In this document: in pieces, positions 1 through 10,008 of the stretch
Layout of the letters: each line of letters starts with the position of its first letter
Numbering within the stretch: position 1 is the first letter of the stretch
Assembly: GCA_965243205.1 (NCBI GenBank)
Contig: CBDEUK010000001.1
Location: 64,001-128,000, forward strand
Direction of reading: 5' to 3'
Source of the DNA: Gammaproteobacteria bacterium
GTDB lineage: Bacteria; Pseudomonadota; Gammaproteobacteria; Eutrophobiales; Eutrophobiaceae
DNA length: 64,000 bases
Notes under the pieces: generated by a model
The model's input: only the letters and a program-made list of their open reading frames with translations
Told to the model about the DNA's origin: nothing
The model's database searches: none
Position numbers and translations under genes: made by a program

Positions 1-2298
1 ATAGTTCGCATCATTTTTAACTGAACTCACCACATAAACAGAACCGATGATATCCACTTCCGGATAAACAGAACCGCTGCCCTTTGTATAAATATTACTG
101 TCCGTTAATGACTTGTATGAAATAGAGATTGATATGCCAAGAGAATCGGTAATGGAAGTAGCCTGGTCGGAAATATTTCCATCCGCTAAAAATACATACG
201 CCAAACCCTCTTCATTGTGCGACATGATAAAATCCGTTAAACCATCTCCATTCACATCTTGGTAATAACGATCGTACGTCGAATTCCATCCACTCTGTTC
301 AATATCCGTACCCACATAATTTTCTACAAACGAACCATCTCCCTCTCCTAAAAATACATACACCAAACCCTCTTCATTGTGCGACATGATAAAATCCGTT
401 AAACCATCTCCATTCACATCTTGGTAATAACGATCGTACGTTGAATTCCATCCACTCTGTTCAACATCCGTACCCACATAACTTTCTACAAAAGAACCAT
501 CTCCCTCTCCTAAAAATACATAGACGTATCCTTCATCGTTATGCGATAAGATATAATCAATTAAGCCATCTCCATTCACATCTCGAAAATAACGATCGTA
601 CGTTGAATTCCATCCACTCTGTTCAATATCCGTACCCACATAATTTTCTACAAACGAACCGTCTCCTTCTCCTAAAAATACATACACCAAACCCTCTTCA
701 TTGTGCGACATGATAAAATCCGTTAAACCATCTCCATTCACATCTTGGTAATAACGATCGTACGTCGAATTCCATCCACTCTGTTCAATATCCGTACCCA
801 CATAATTTTCTACAAACGAACCATCTCCCTCTCCTAAAAATACATACACCAAACCCTCTTCATTGTGCGACATGATAAAATCCGTTAAACCATCTCCATT
901 CATATCTTGGTAATAACGATCGTACGTTGAATTCCATCCACTCTGTTCAACATCCGTACCCACATAACTTTCTACAAAAGAACCATCTCCCTCTCCTAAA
1001 AATACATAGACGTATCCTTCATCGTTATGCGATAAGATATAATCAATTAAGCCATCTCCATTCACATCTCGAAAATAACGATCGTACGTTGAATTCCATC
1101 CACTCTGTTCAATATCCGTACCCACATAATTTTCTACAAACGAACCGTCTCCTTCTCCTAAAAATACATACACCAAACCCTCTTCATTGTGCGACATGAT
1201 AAAATCCGTTAAACCATCTCCATTCACATCTTGGTAATAACGATCGTACGTCGAATTCCATCCACTCTGTTCAATATCCGTACCCACATAATTTTCTACA
1301 AACGAACCATCGGCTGGATTTTGTTCCCAAGTTATTTCAATCGGCTTAAAACATTTCTGAGTAGTTGAACCATCACATTCGGTAAGATGGGTTATACGTG
1401 AACGACTCGCGGCACCGTTATTGTCATACGTCAGCTGATAATCTCTTACCGGTGTTGTGTAGTCATTATCCGTATACGTCTTTATGTTTGTTAAACGTTC
1501 CGTATTCTTGATAAGAGAACCCGCAAAGTACATCGGTGTAATGTCTGTCCTTGTCTCATACTCAAACTTAACTTTCGCATATGGACTCAAGTTCGAACTG
1601 TTACCCGTATAATTAATCTCGGTTGGCTTGTACGTCCCATTCGTTCCATCTTCACTGTACGTCACCTTCAAGTAGTTACCCACCGTGTCACTGATTTTGT
1701 TCACCGCCCAAAGCCTCACATCCGTTTTGCCTTGTGCTTCTATCCTTGAGTCATTGGTGTATCCATACTCCATCACCTGACCACTCTTCGTCCATGCCTT
1801 AAACTTCTCAGGACCATTCCCCGTATCTCCATAAGAAATGACCTTCGTAAAACTCTCTATCTCAGTCCGATACTCCGTACCCTCTGCTCCATAAACACCA
1901 CTCACTGAAATCAATCGTTGACCATCAATACAAAAACGGTCGTTAGCATCAAAGTCAACGCCATCAATAAAACCATCCACCACGCGATTCGCAGGACAAC
2001 GTGTAATCACAGACAAACCACCCAAACTAAATCCAACTCCCATCAAACCATTACCACTTCGTGAGTTATACGATAACGATAACGAGGGTTGCATACCCGC
2101 TGTACCTGGGGGCACAACAATAGGAACCGAATAGTTCGCACCACCACTCGAATCCACACTGAACTCACCCGCCGTCACACCAGGTTCGGTGGCTTGAATG
2201 GAAAAAGAAATGAATGAAAGAAAAAAAAGAAAAGGAAAAACGGTATGCCTTAACAACACACGACAAAGAATACGAATATCAAACCTTGAATACTCCAT
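1..2298 (-). CDS. Secreted SpvB/TcdB-like (Tc-B/RHS-type) protein with FG-GAP beta-propeller repeats; 5' part only, continues past the left edge
   Basis: Translated by hand from ATG at 2298 (GGGGAGAG RBS just upstream). Hydrophobic signal ...FPFLFFLSFISFSIQA, then SpvB-type motifs GEFSVDSSGGANYSVPIVVPPGTAGMQPSLSLSYNS, GNGLMGVGFSLGGLSVITRC, DRFCIDGQRL and WAVNKISDTVGNY. Seven D(V/M)NGDGL repeats follow, then a TcdB midN-like SITDSLGISISISYKSLT. I found no stop down to position 1. Confidence 0.88.
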   Translation of the reverse strand, partial: MEYSRFDIRILCRVLLRHTVFPFLFFLSFISFSIQATEPGVTAGEFSVDSSGGANYSVPIVVPPGTAGMQPSLSLSYNSRSGNGLMGVGFSLGGLSVITRCPANRVVDGFIDGVDFDANDRFCIDGQRLISVSGVYGAEGTEYRTEIESFTKVISYGDTGNGPEKFKAWTKSGQVMEYGYTNDSRIEAQGKTDVRLWAVNKISDTVGNYLKVTYSEDGTNGTYKPTEINYTGNSSNLSPYAKVKFEYETRTDITPMYFAGSLIKNTERLTNIKTYTDNDYTTPVRDYQLTYDNNGAASRSRITHLTECDGSTTQKCFKPIEITWEQNPADGSFVENYVGTDIEQSGWNSTYDRYYQDVNGDGLTDFIMSHNEEGLVYVFLGEGDGSFVENYVGTDIEQSGWNSTYDRYFRDVNGDGLIDYILSHNDEGYVYVFLGEGDGSFVESYVGTDVEQSGWNSTYDRYYQDMNGDGLTDFIMSHNEEGLVYVFLGEGDGSFVENYVGTDIEQSGWNSTYDRYYQDVNGDGLTDFIMSHNEEGLVYVFLGEGDGSFVENYVGTDIEQSGWNSTYDRYFRDVNGDGLIDYILSHNDEGYVYVFLGEGDGSFVESYVGTDVEQSGWNSTYDRYYQDVNGDGLTDFIMSHNEEGLVYVFLGEGDGSFVENYVGTDIEQSGWNSTYDRYYQDVNGDGLTDFIMSHNEEGLAYVFLADGNISDQATSITDSLGISISISYKSLTDSNIYTKGSGSVYPEVDIIGSVYVVSSVKNDANY
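188..1310 (-). repeat. Seven tandem 162-bp (54-aa) FG-GAP repeats with a 486-bp higher-order period
   Basis: The anchor aaaatccgttaaacc (or its variant ataatcaattaagcc) recurs at 229, 391, 553, 715, 877, 1039 and 1201. The variant unit occurs at 553 and 1039, 486 bp apart. Shadow ORFs 441..713 and 927..1199 are identical. Confidence 0.95.
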
Positions 2299-2635
2299 GC
2301 TCTCCCCTTAGAGCGTATGTTTTTAAACTCCCTTTTAATTTAAGTAACAAAAGGGCTTATTAAAACTGAGGCCCGATTATTACCGATAGTTAATATTTTC
2401 GCATCACCCATTTGGGTGAGGTTTGATGAACTTTTTATGAATAAGGATTATTTCCTAGGTGATGTATCATCGTTAATTGATTGAATAACGATGACATTAT
2501 TCAATCTTGATTACTTTTTATTGATTTAAATAAAACGTGTTTAATTATATAAATTATGAAACAGTTCACAGTTTTAATAACAACATGAACGCAATACGTT
2601 TTATTACTAATACAACTGTTTAAGAAAAGACAAAT

Positions 2636-2668
2636 AAAAAAAGGGTTTCATAACGAAACCCTTTTTTT
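2636..2668 (-). terminator. Rho-independent terminator after galU (could act in both directions)
   Basis: aaaaaaagggtttc-ataac-gaaacccttttttt: perfect stem flanked by A and T tracts, about 22 bp past the galU stop. Confidence 0.88.
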
Positions 2669-2690
2669 ATTTTATAAGTAAACTATTTTT

Positions 2691-3566
2691 TTATAATTTC
2701 ATTGTATTTAAATATTCTTTAAAATCATCTTTTAATTCAGGGTGTTCTAATGCAAGTTCAACGGTAGCTTGTAGATAGCCTAATTTTGAACCACAATCAT
2801 AGCGTTTACCTTGGAATTCTAAACCATAAACTGCTTCAATTTTTAGTAATGAATCAATAGCATCTGTTAATTGGATTTCGCCGCCAGCGCCTTTACCGAT
2901 TGTGCGAATCATTTTAAAGATCGTTGGACTTAATACATATCGTCCCACACTGGCCAATGTAGTTGGCGCTTCTTCAGGTTTTGGTTTTTCAATAATTCCG
3001 GTTACTTTTTGGATATTGGTTGCTAACTTTTCTGAACTTACTATTCCGTATTTAGATGTTTCTTCTCGTGCGACATCCATAACCGCCAATACACTGCCAT
3101 GATGATATTCGAATACATCTACCATTTGTTTTAAACAACCTTGCCCTTGGTTCTTAATTAAATCATCTGCTAATAAAACGGCAAAAGGTTCATCTCCAAC
3201 GGCAGGTTCTGCGCATAGCACTGCATGCCCTAAGCCAAGTGCTTCGGCTTGTCGAATGTAAATACAGTTAACATGTTCAGGTACGATTCCTTGTACAATT
3301 TCTAACATCTTAGTTTTTTGTTTTTTTTCTAATTCCACTTCAAGTTCATATGCTTTATCGAAGTGATCTGCTATTGAACGTTTTGCTCTACCCGTAATAA
3401 AGATAAGATCTGTAATACCAGCTTCTACAGCTTCTTCTACTGCATATTGAATAAGCGGTTTATCAACAATAGGTAACATTTCTTTTGCATTGGCCTTAGT
3501 TGCGGGAAGAAAGCGTGTGCCGAGACCTGCTACTGGAAAAACGGCTTTGGTGATTTTACGTTTCAT
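2691..3566 (-). CDS. galU: UTP--glucose-1-phosphate uridylyltransferase
   Basis: [60 protein letters not shown]. Confidence 0.97.
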   Translation of the reverse strand: MKRKITKAVFPVAGLGTRFLPATKANAKEMLPIVDKPLIQYAVEEAVEAGITDLIFITGRAKRSIADHFDKAYELEVELEKKQKTKMLEIVQGIVPEHVNCIYIRQAEALGLGHAVLCAEPAVGDEPFAVLLADDLIKNQGQGCLKQMVDVFEYHHGSVLAVMDVAREETSKYGIVSSEKLATNIQKVTGIIEKPKPEEAPTTLASVGRYVLSPTIFKMIRTIGKGAGGEIQLTDAIDSLLKIEAVYGLEFQGKRYDCGSKLGYLQATVELALEHPELKDDFKEYLNTMKL

Positions 3567-3575
3567 GACAAAAAA

Positions 3576-5435
3576 CTATCTCGTCGTTAATTGAATTATA
3601 TTATTAGGTTGTGTGGCATCTTTGTCAGCTATAGGAACTAAGATCTGAACCCAATCAGCTAAGCTTTGTTCTTCAAAGTTTTCACATAATTCCTCTAGCT
3701 CATTGAAAAATATTTCAAGTTTTTGAGTATCGAGTTTACATTGTTTCGCTAAAAATATTTTATTATGCTGGGTATGAATTCGTTCTTCATTAGAATAGAA
3801 CAACTCTTCATATAATTTCTCTCCGGGCCGTAAACCAACATATTCTATTTGGATATCTTTTCCAGGTATTTTTCCAGAAAGTTGAATCATTTTTTCTGCT
3901 AAGTATGCAATCCTGACAGTCTTGCCCATATCCAATACAAATATTTCACCACCTTTTCCCATAGAACTTGCTTGTAATATTAACTGACATGCTTCAGGGA
4001 TAGTCATGAAAAAACGTGTAACTTCAGGGTGAGTGACGGTAACAGGCCCACCAGATTGAATTTGTTTTTTAAATAATGGCACAACGCTGCCATCAGAACC
4101 TAAGACGTTTCCAAACCTGACTGTAATAAACTGAGTCTTTGAGATAAGTGATTTTTGTTCACAATAACATTCAGCCAATCGTTTTGACTTACCTAAAATA
4201 TTTGCTGGTTTTACTGCTTTATCAGTCGATATAAAAATAAATTTTTCTAATCCAAATTGATCTGCGGCATCGACTAAAATTTTTGTTCCTAAAACATTGT
4301 TTTTTAATGCTTCACGTAATTGATATTCCAACATGGGAACATGTTTATAAGCTGCAGCATGAAATAATATGTCAGGTTTATAGCTATTTAAAACATGGGA
4401 TATTTTTGCTTTGTCTGTTACATCGCCTAGAACAACAGTATATTTTACATTTGGGAATTTTAAATCAAATTGCTGCTGTAATTGATAAAGACTGAATTCA
4501 CTTTGTTCAAAAAAGATTAAATGTTTAGGCGCAAGCACTGCAATTTGTTCACATAACTCTGAACCTATCGAACCTCCAGCACCTGTAATTAATATAGTTT
4601 TACTGATAATACCTTCTTGTAGAGTATTCCAATCTAATTCAATTTTTTCTCTTCCTAATAAATCTTCAATGGAAATTTCTCGTAAATTACTTAAAGCATC
4701 ATTGCCAACAACCATTTCTTTAAGCTTTGGCAAAGTTTTTACTGGTACTGAAAGCTCATTACACAAATTAAATATTCTTTGCATTTGATCATTGGTTGCA
4801 GAAGGTATTGCAATCACCACATGGTCTACAGAATTTTCTTGTACTATTTCCGTTAACTTATCAATAGACCCTAAAACTTTGATACCATGAATTTGCGCTT
4901 TCTTAATAGTCGGATCATCATCTAAAATACCAACAGGCATATAGGCACCTGTTCTAAGCATTTCACGAATCACCATATCACCGCCTCTTCCTGCACCAAT
5001 AACTAATACTCGTGGACCATTGGAAAGACGTTTAAAACTGAACCCATTATCTTTCCAGAATCGATAAGCTAATCGAGGTGCTCCTAATAAAAAAATCAAA
5101 TACATAGGATATAAAACAGCAACAGAACGCGGGATACCTACTAGGCGAAATACAATGAATAGACTCAAAACAATTATCAATGTACCTATAATGGCTGCAC
5201 GAAAGATATTCCAAAGATCAGGCAAACTAGCAAATCGCCACATGCCTTTATAAAGACGTAAATGCCAAAGTACACCTGCTTGAATTAAAATTACAAAGGG
5301 CAATGTAATGAAACTACTTTGCCATTCCAGATATGGAAAATGAAAATTAAATCGTGATAACCATGCTAATTGCCAAGCTAACGTTATCATGAATAGATCA
5401 TGAAGAATCACAGCTTGTTTTATAGATAATTTCAT
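3576..5435 (-). CDS. Membrane-bound UDP-GlcNAc 4,6-dehydratase (WbpM/PglF/CapD family)
   Basis: N-terminal TM helices, EDLLGR, GAGGSIGSELC, HAAAYKHVP, ISTDKAV, VRFGNVLGS, GLRPGEKLYEEL. Confidence 0.93.
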   Translation of the reverse strand: MKLSIKQAVILHDLFMITLAWQLAWLSRFNFHFPYLEWQSSFITLPFVILIQAGVLWHLRLYKGMWRFASLPDLWNIFRAAIIGTLIIVLSLFIVFRLVGIPRSVAVLYPMYLIFLLGAPRLAYRFWKDNGFSFKRLSNGPRVLVIGAGRGGDMVIREMLRTGAYMPVGILDDDPTIKKAQIHGIKVLGSIDKLTEIVQENSVDHVVIAIPSATNDQMQRIFNLCNELSVPVKTLPKLKEMVVGNDALSNLREISIEDLLGREKIELDWNTLQEGIISKTILITGAGGSIGSELCEQIAVLAPKHLIFFEQSEFSLYQLQQQFDLKFPNVKYTVVLGDVTDKAKISHVLNSYKPDILFHAAAYKHVPMLEYQLREALKNNVLGTKILVDAADQFGLEKFIFISTDKAVKPANILGKSKRLAECYCEQKSLISKTQFITVRFGNVLGSDGSVVPLFKKQIQSGGPVTVTHPEVTRFFMTIPEACQLILQASSMGKGGEIFVLDMGKTVRIAYLAEKMIQLSGKIPGKDIQIEYVGLRPGEKLYEELFYSNEERIHTQHNKIFLAKQCKLDTQKLEIFFNELEELCENFEEQSLADWVQILVPIADKDATQPNNIIQLTTR

Positions 5436-5442
5436 AGTTATT

Positions 5443-6426
5443 TTAAGTATTCTGAATATGTGTTTTTTGTATCTTATACCATAAAATCAATAGGATAGCG
5501 TAATTTAACAAAACTACAATGACAGAATGCTGACTATGCAGATATATCCAATAAGCGAATGGCCAAGTAATTAAAATATTAAACAAAAAAACTAAAATAG
5601 ATACAGTTTTATGTGAATATTCTGTACTAATTAACACTTGATAAGCGTGTTTCTTATGTGCCTGATACCATTTCTCTCCAAAAAAAACTCGTTTAATTAA
5701 TGTAAAACTCGTGTCTGCAATAAATACTGATAGTAAAACTAACCAAATTTCTACTGGAACTTCATATTTTACATATGAAAATATCGCTATCATTGAAAAA
5801 ATTAACCCTAAGGAGCAACTTCCTACATCACCTAAAAAAACTTTTGCTGGTGACCAATTCCATATTAAAAAACCTGCAGTCGAACTAAATAATACTAATG
5901 ATAAATAAAATAATTCTTGTGCTTGTAATTGATGAAAAATAAAAAGAGAAAACAAAGAGACTGATATCGCTTCAATACTAGCAATACCATCAATTCCATC
6001 CATAAAGTTATAAAGATTTATCATCCAAACTATGCATATAGCGATACAAAATAAAATGCCATAGCCCCATTCAAGCTTTAAAAACAATAAAAAGCTAATA
6101 GCAGATATAAAATAAAAAAAAGCACGAATCTTAATTGAAAGAGAAACTCTATCATCTATTAATGCAACAAGCATTGTAATAATCAAAGATAAACTAAATG
6201 CCAAAAATTCATTTAGATTAATTATTTTTAAGACATATAGAATAAAAAAAGCCAACAATATAAATAAAAATATAACGACACCACCGCCTCGTGGAACAGG
6301 TGATTTATGGAGGCTACGATGGTTAGGAATATCAACTAAAGAAAATTTAATTAAATAATTTATAATATGTTTTGTAACTAATACAGAAACAATAAAAACA
6401 CCTAGTGAAATAATAATTGGTATCAT
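5443..6426 (-). CDS. Undecaprenyl-phosphate HexNAc-1-phosphate transferase (WbpL/WecA, MraY-like family); initiating transferase
   Basis: Polytopic; DIPNHRSLH..PVPRGGG, DD, NLYNFMDGIDG, WNWSPAKVFLGDVGS, AHKKHAYQ. Confidence 0.92.
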   Translation of the reverse strand: MIPIIISLGVFIVSVLVTKHIINYLIKFSLVDIPNHRSLHKSPVPRGGGVVIFLFILLAFFILYVLKIINLNEFLAFSLSLIITMLVALIDDRVSLSIKIRAFFYFISAISFLLFLKLEWGYGILFCIAICIVWMINLYNFMDGIDGIASIEAISVSLFSLFIFHQLQAQELFYLSLVLFSSTAGFLIWNWSPAKVFLGDVGSCSLGLIFSMIAIFSYVKYEVPVEIWLVLLSVFIADTSFTLIKRVFFGEKWYQAHKKHAYQVLISTEYSHKTVSILVFLFNILITWPFAYWIYLHSQHSVIVVLLNYAILLILWYKIQKTHIQNT

Positions 6427-7367
6427 GATATGTTATTACTCTTATACCATTTAATAGTTTTTTCTATAGCCATATCAAATGTATAAATTGGATGCCAATT
6501 AAGCTGTTTTATCGTTTTATAATTATCAACTGATAAATTACCAATTAAACGCGATATTTGTTTCCGTTTTTGAAAAATAATAGCTGTTATCTTTAACAGT
6601 AATGAAGGAATTGAAAACATCCGATTTGGTTTATCAAGGTACTTATAAAATATTTTGATTAAATCTGTTGTTGAAACATCATAATCTTTCACTAAAAAAA
6701 TTTGATTTTTTGCATTATAGTCAATAACACATTGCTCAATAAAACTGCATAAATTCTCAACATAGATCATGCTGCGTTTATTATTGATTGAAGCAAATGG
6801 CAAAGGAATTCCTGATTCGGCGAGAGCAATTAAGTTATAAAAATTTGCTTTAACACCTGGTCCATAGACTAATGGTGGTCGAATGATAACGTATTCAAGT
6901 GAGCTATTTTTACTAGCCAATTTTATATTCTCTTCACAACGAGCCTTACTATTCGCATAAGGATCTTCCGGATTGATTATTGAATCTTCTGAAATATTTT
7001 CAAGTTCACCATCACCATGTACTTTGATAGTGCTCAAAAAAATAAAGCGTTTTATTTTAAATTTTACTGCAGCATCAATTAATTGTTGAGTTCCGTTAAC
7101 ATTGATTTGAATATATTCATCTAATGATTGTTGGTTATTTAAATCGTGAACTTTTGAGGCTAGATGTATTACAACATCGATATTATGAAATGCCTCATTT
7201 AATATATTTTCATTATTAGATAAATCGTATTGAAAAACCTTGTTATTTTGTACTTTAGTTGAATGCGTATCTCTTAATAGAATAGATACTATATGCCCAG
7301 AAGCTTCTAGTCTTGGTATTAAGTGAGAGCCAATAAATCCATTAGCTCCTGTAAGAAGAATATTCAA
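6423..7367 (-). CDS. NAD-dependent epimerase/4-reductase (WbpV/WbpK-like; D-QuiNAc/D-FucNAc step)
   Basis: GANGFIG, YANSK, IIRPPLVYGPGVKANF, NKRSMIYVENL; sits next to wbpL/wbpM-like genes; TTG start. Confidence 0.82.
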   Translation of the reverse strand: MNILLTGANGFIGSHLIPRLEASGHIVSILLRDTHSTKVQNNKVFQYDLSNNENILNEAFHNIDVVIHLASKVHDLNNQQSLDEYIQINVNGTQQLIDAAVKFKIKRFIFLSTIKVHGDGELENISEDSIINPEDPYANSKARCEENIKLASKNSSLEYVIIRPPLVYGPGVKANFYNLIALAESGIPLPFASINNKRSMIYVENLCSFIEQCVIDYNAKNQIFLVKDYDVSTTDLIKIFYKYLDKPNRMFSIPSLLLKITAIIFQKRKQISRLIGNLSVDNYKTIKQLNWHPIYTFDMAIEKTIKWYKSNNIS

Positions 7368-7380
7368 ATATTATATATTT

Positions 7381-8826
7381 TTAAGTATTATTAACACGTC
7401 CAAAATCATCATCAAAGCGAACAATATCATCCTCACCAAGATAAGTACCACATTGTACTTCTATCACCTCCAAAGGTTTAGACTGTTTATTTTCGAGACG
7501 ATGCTTAACACCCATAGGAATAAATGTTGATTGATTTTCTTGTAAATTAATAATGTTTTCACCAAGAGTGACCGTAGCTATACCACTTACTACCACCCAA
7601 TGTTCGGCCCGTTTATGATGCATTTGTAGTGAAAGTTTTTTTCCAGGACTTACTATTAAACGTTTTACTTGAAAATTTTCACCATTTTCCAAACCTTCAT
7701 AACTTCCCCATGGACGATAGACTTTACGATGTAATAAACTTTCTTCTCGTTCTTGTTGTTTTAATTCTAAGACCACTTGTTTTATCTTTTGTGCTTGCGA
7801 TTTATTTCCAATCAATACAGCATCCGATGTTTCAACGACGACTAAATCTTTACAACCAACCGTTGCAACAAGCTTATGATTTGCATGTATCAAAGAGTTT
7901 TCTGTATCAATAGTGATCACATCACCATGTATTGCATTAGCATTATCATCTTTATGATTAATATCCCAAACAGATGCCCATGATCCAATATCTGACCAGC
8001 CAACATCTAATGTAACTAAAGCTCCTTTTAATGATTCATCCTCAGATAATTTTTCCATCACTGCATAATCAATGGAATTATCTGGCGAAGCAGAAAAAGC
8101 TTCTTTATCTAATCGAAAAAAATCTCCATCCTCATTACCATTATGGACTGCTTTTACACATTGTTCATACATTACTGGCTCATATTTTTTAATCGCTTCT
8201 AACCAAACTGATGCTTTAAAAACAAATAAACCACTATTCCAAAAGTAATTACCTGATTGTATATATGATTCAGCAACTTCTAATGATGGTTTCTCAACAA
8301 ACTCTTTTATTTCAAATGCATCTTCAGCCAATAAGTTTTGTGTGTTGATATACCCATATCCAATTTCTGGGTGTGTTGGGGTAATACCAAAGGTAACAAG
8401 ATAGTTTTGCTCCGCATAGCTTGCTGCTTTATTAACTTGTTCATGGAATTTTTCTTTATTAGCTACCACATGATCAGAGGGCATGATAAGTAAAATAGTA
8501 TTTTTACTATGGCTTCGTAATGCTGCGACTGTAATAGCTGGAGCCGTATTTCTTCCAATTGGTTCCAGAATAATTTCTTTTAAGTTTTGTTCAATAAGTC
8601 TTGCATGCTCAGCAACAAGAAACCGTTGTTCTTCGTTAGTAATAACGATTGGATTTTGAATAGAACTGGAATCAGATAGATTATCTAATCGCGTTAATGT
8701 TTTTTGTAACATTGATTCTTCATCAATCAATGATAAAAATTGTTTGGGATAATAACTTCGTGATAATGGCCACAATCGAGTACCACCACCACCAGCCAAA
8801 ATTATAGGTTGAATTAAACTATTCAT
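7381..8826 (-). CDS. manC: Mannose-1-phosphate guanylyltransferase / mannose-6-phosphate isomerase
   Basis: ILAGGGGTRLWPLSR..YPKQF, EPIGRNTAPA, FVEKP, WNSG, SIDYAVME, GWSDIGSW; C-terminal cupin RPWG...LSLQMHHKRAEHW. Confidence 0.96.
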   Translation of the reverse strand: MNSLIQPIILAGGGGTRLWPLSRSYYPKQFLSLIDEESMLQKTLTRLDNLSDSSSIQNPIVITNEEQRFLVAEHARLIEQNLKEIILEPIGRNTAPAITVAALRSHSKNTILLIMPSDHVVANKEKFHEQVNKAASYAEQNYLVTFGITPTHPEIGYGYINTQNLLAEDAFEIKEFVEKPSLEVAESYIQSGNYFWNSGLFVFKASVWLEAIKKYEPVMYEQCVKAVHNGNEDGDFFRLDKEAFSASPDNSIDYAVMEKLSEDESLKGALVTLDVGWSDIGSWASVWDINHKDDNANAIHGDVITIDTENSLIHANHKLVATVGCKDLVVVETSDAVLIGNKSQAQKIKQVVLELKQQEREESLLHRKVYRPWGSYEGLENGENFQVKRLIVSPGKKLSLQMHHKRAEHWVVVSGIATVTLGENIINLQENQSTFIPMGVKHRLENKQSKPLEVIEVQCGTYLGEDDIVRFDDDFGRVNNT

Positions 8827-8874
8827 AATTAACTACTCATAACTAACTACGGAAAATATATTTAATTGAAGAGT

Positions 8875-10008
8875 TTAGTTTTTACGCCAAACAGTACGAT
8901 TGACAAAGGAAGTGTAACTCAAAATAATTCTTACTATTTTTTTTGAAACTTGTCCCCCTTCATAATCAGGAACAATTTCATGTTTATAATTACCATTTTT
9001 CTTTTGATTTATGACAGTTTTTATAGCAATGAGAATTTCCTCTTTTATAGTATCCGCCATAATCAAAGTACCAACATCCATTCCTTCAGGCCTTTCATGT
9101 GACTGCCTTATCGTAACTGCAGGAAATCCTAATAATGATGATTCTTCAGCTATTGTTCCACTATCAGAAATCACACATTGTGCATTTTTTTGTAATTGAA
9201 TGTAATCTATGAATCCCATTGCTTTCATAAATCTGACATTGTCATTCAAATTTGAATTTGATAATGATTCAAGACGTTTTTGTGTCCTAGGATGCACCGA
9301 AAATATGACAGGCATATTATATTCGTTAATTAATTCATTTAATGCCTCTAAAAAGCTACTTAATCTCTCATTAGAATCAACATTTTCTTCTCTGTGTGCA
9401 CTCACTAAAAAATATTCATTTTGTTTTAGATTTAGCTTATTCAGAATATCTGACTGGCAAATTTTGTTCTTATAATATTGCAATACTTCCTGCATACAAG
9501 AGCCAGTTTTAATAATAGTATTTGGCTGAATACCTTCTGCAATCAAATATTGCCTTGCATGTTCAGTCAATGGCATATTAATGTCACTTATGTGGTCAAT
9601 TATGCGTCTATTTATCTCTTCTGGTACACGTTCATCGAAACACCGATTACCTGCTTCCATATGAAACACAGGAATTTTCAAACGTTTAGCAGTAATAGCC
9701 GACATACAACTATTTGTATCACCATATAATAATATTGCGTTAGGCTTTTCATTTAAAATAACAGGCTCTATTTTAGAAATAACTTGAGCTATAGTTTCAC
9801 ATGCACTTGTACCTGCTGCATCAAGATATATATCAGGCGATCTTATTTCTAAATCATCAAAAAATATTTTGTTTAATTCATCTGAATAGTTTTGTCCTGT
9901 GTGAACTAAAACATGTTCAATATGTTTATCTAGTTCAGCAATAACACGTGACAACTTAATAAGTTCTGGCCTTGTGCCAACAATAGTCATTACTTTAAAC
10001 CGACTCAT
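8875..10008 (-). CDS. UDP-N-acetylhexosamine 2-epimerase, non-hydrolysing (QnlB/FnlC/WbjD type)
   Basis: VGTRPELIKLS, HTGQNY, GDTNS, HMEAGNRCFD.RVPEEINR, HREEN, SDSGT, ERPEG. Confidence 0.93.
   Translation of the reverse strand: MSRFKVMTIVGTRPELIKLSRVIAELDKHIEHVLVHTGQNYSDELNKIFFDDLEIRSPDIYLDAAGTSACETIAQVISKIEPVILNEKPNAILLYGDTNSCMSAITAKRLKIPVFHMEAGNRCFDERVPEEINRRIIDHISDINMPLTEHARQYLIAEGIQPNTIIKTGSCMQEVLQYYKNKICQSDILNKLNLKQNEYFLVSAHREENVDSNERLSSFLEALNELINEYNMPVIFSVHPRTQKRLESLSNSNLNDNVRFMKAMGFIDYIQLQKNAQCVISDSGTIAEESSLLGFPAVTIRQSHERPEGMDVGTLIMADTIKEEILIAIKTVINQKKNGNYKHEIVPDYEGGQVSKKIVRIILSYTSFVNRTVWRKN

Noticed and set aside
441-1199. Two identical 90-aa plus-strand ORFs (441..713 and 927..1199)
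   Set aside because: They are antisense shadows of the FG-GAP repeats. The minus-strand frame is the coherent protein.
188-1310. Possible CRISPR array or DGR template/variable repeat pair
   Set aside because: The units are contiguous 162-bp in-frame coding repeats with no unique spacers. There are no cas or reverse transcriptase genes in the window, and the differences are not adenine-specific.
2221-2228. A8 tract in the signal-peptide region as a phase-variation switch
   Set aside because: A/T runs of 7-9 nt are frequent throughout this AT-rich window, and the frame is intact.
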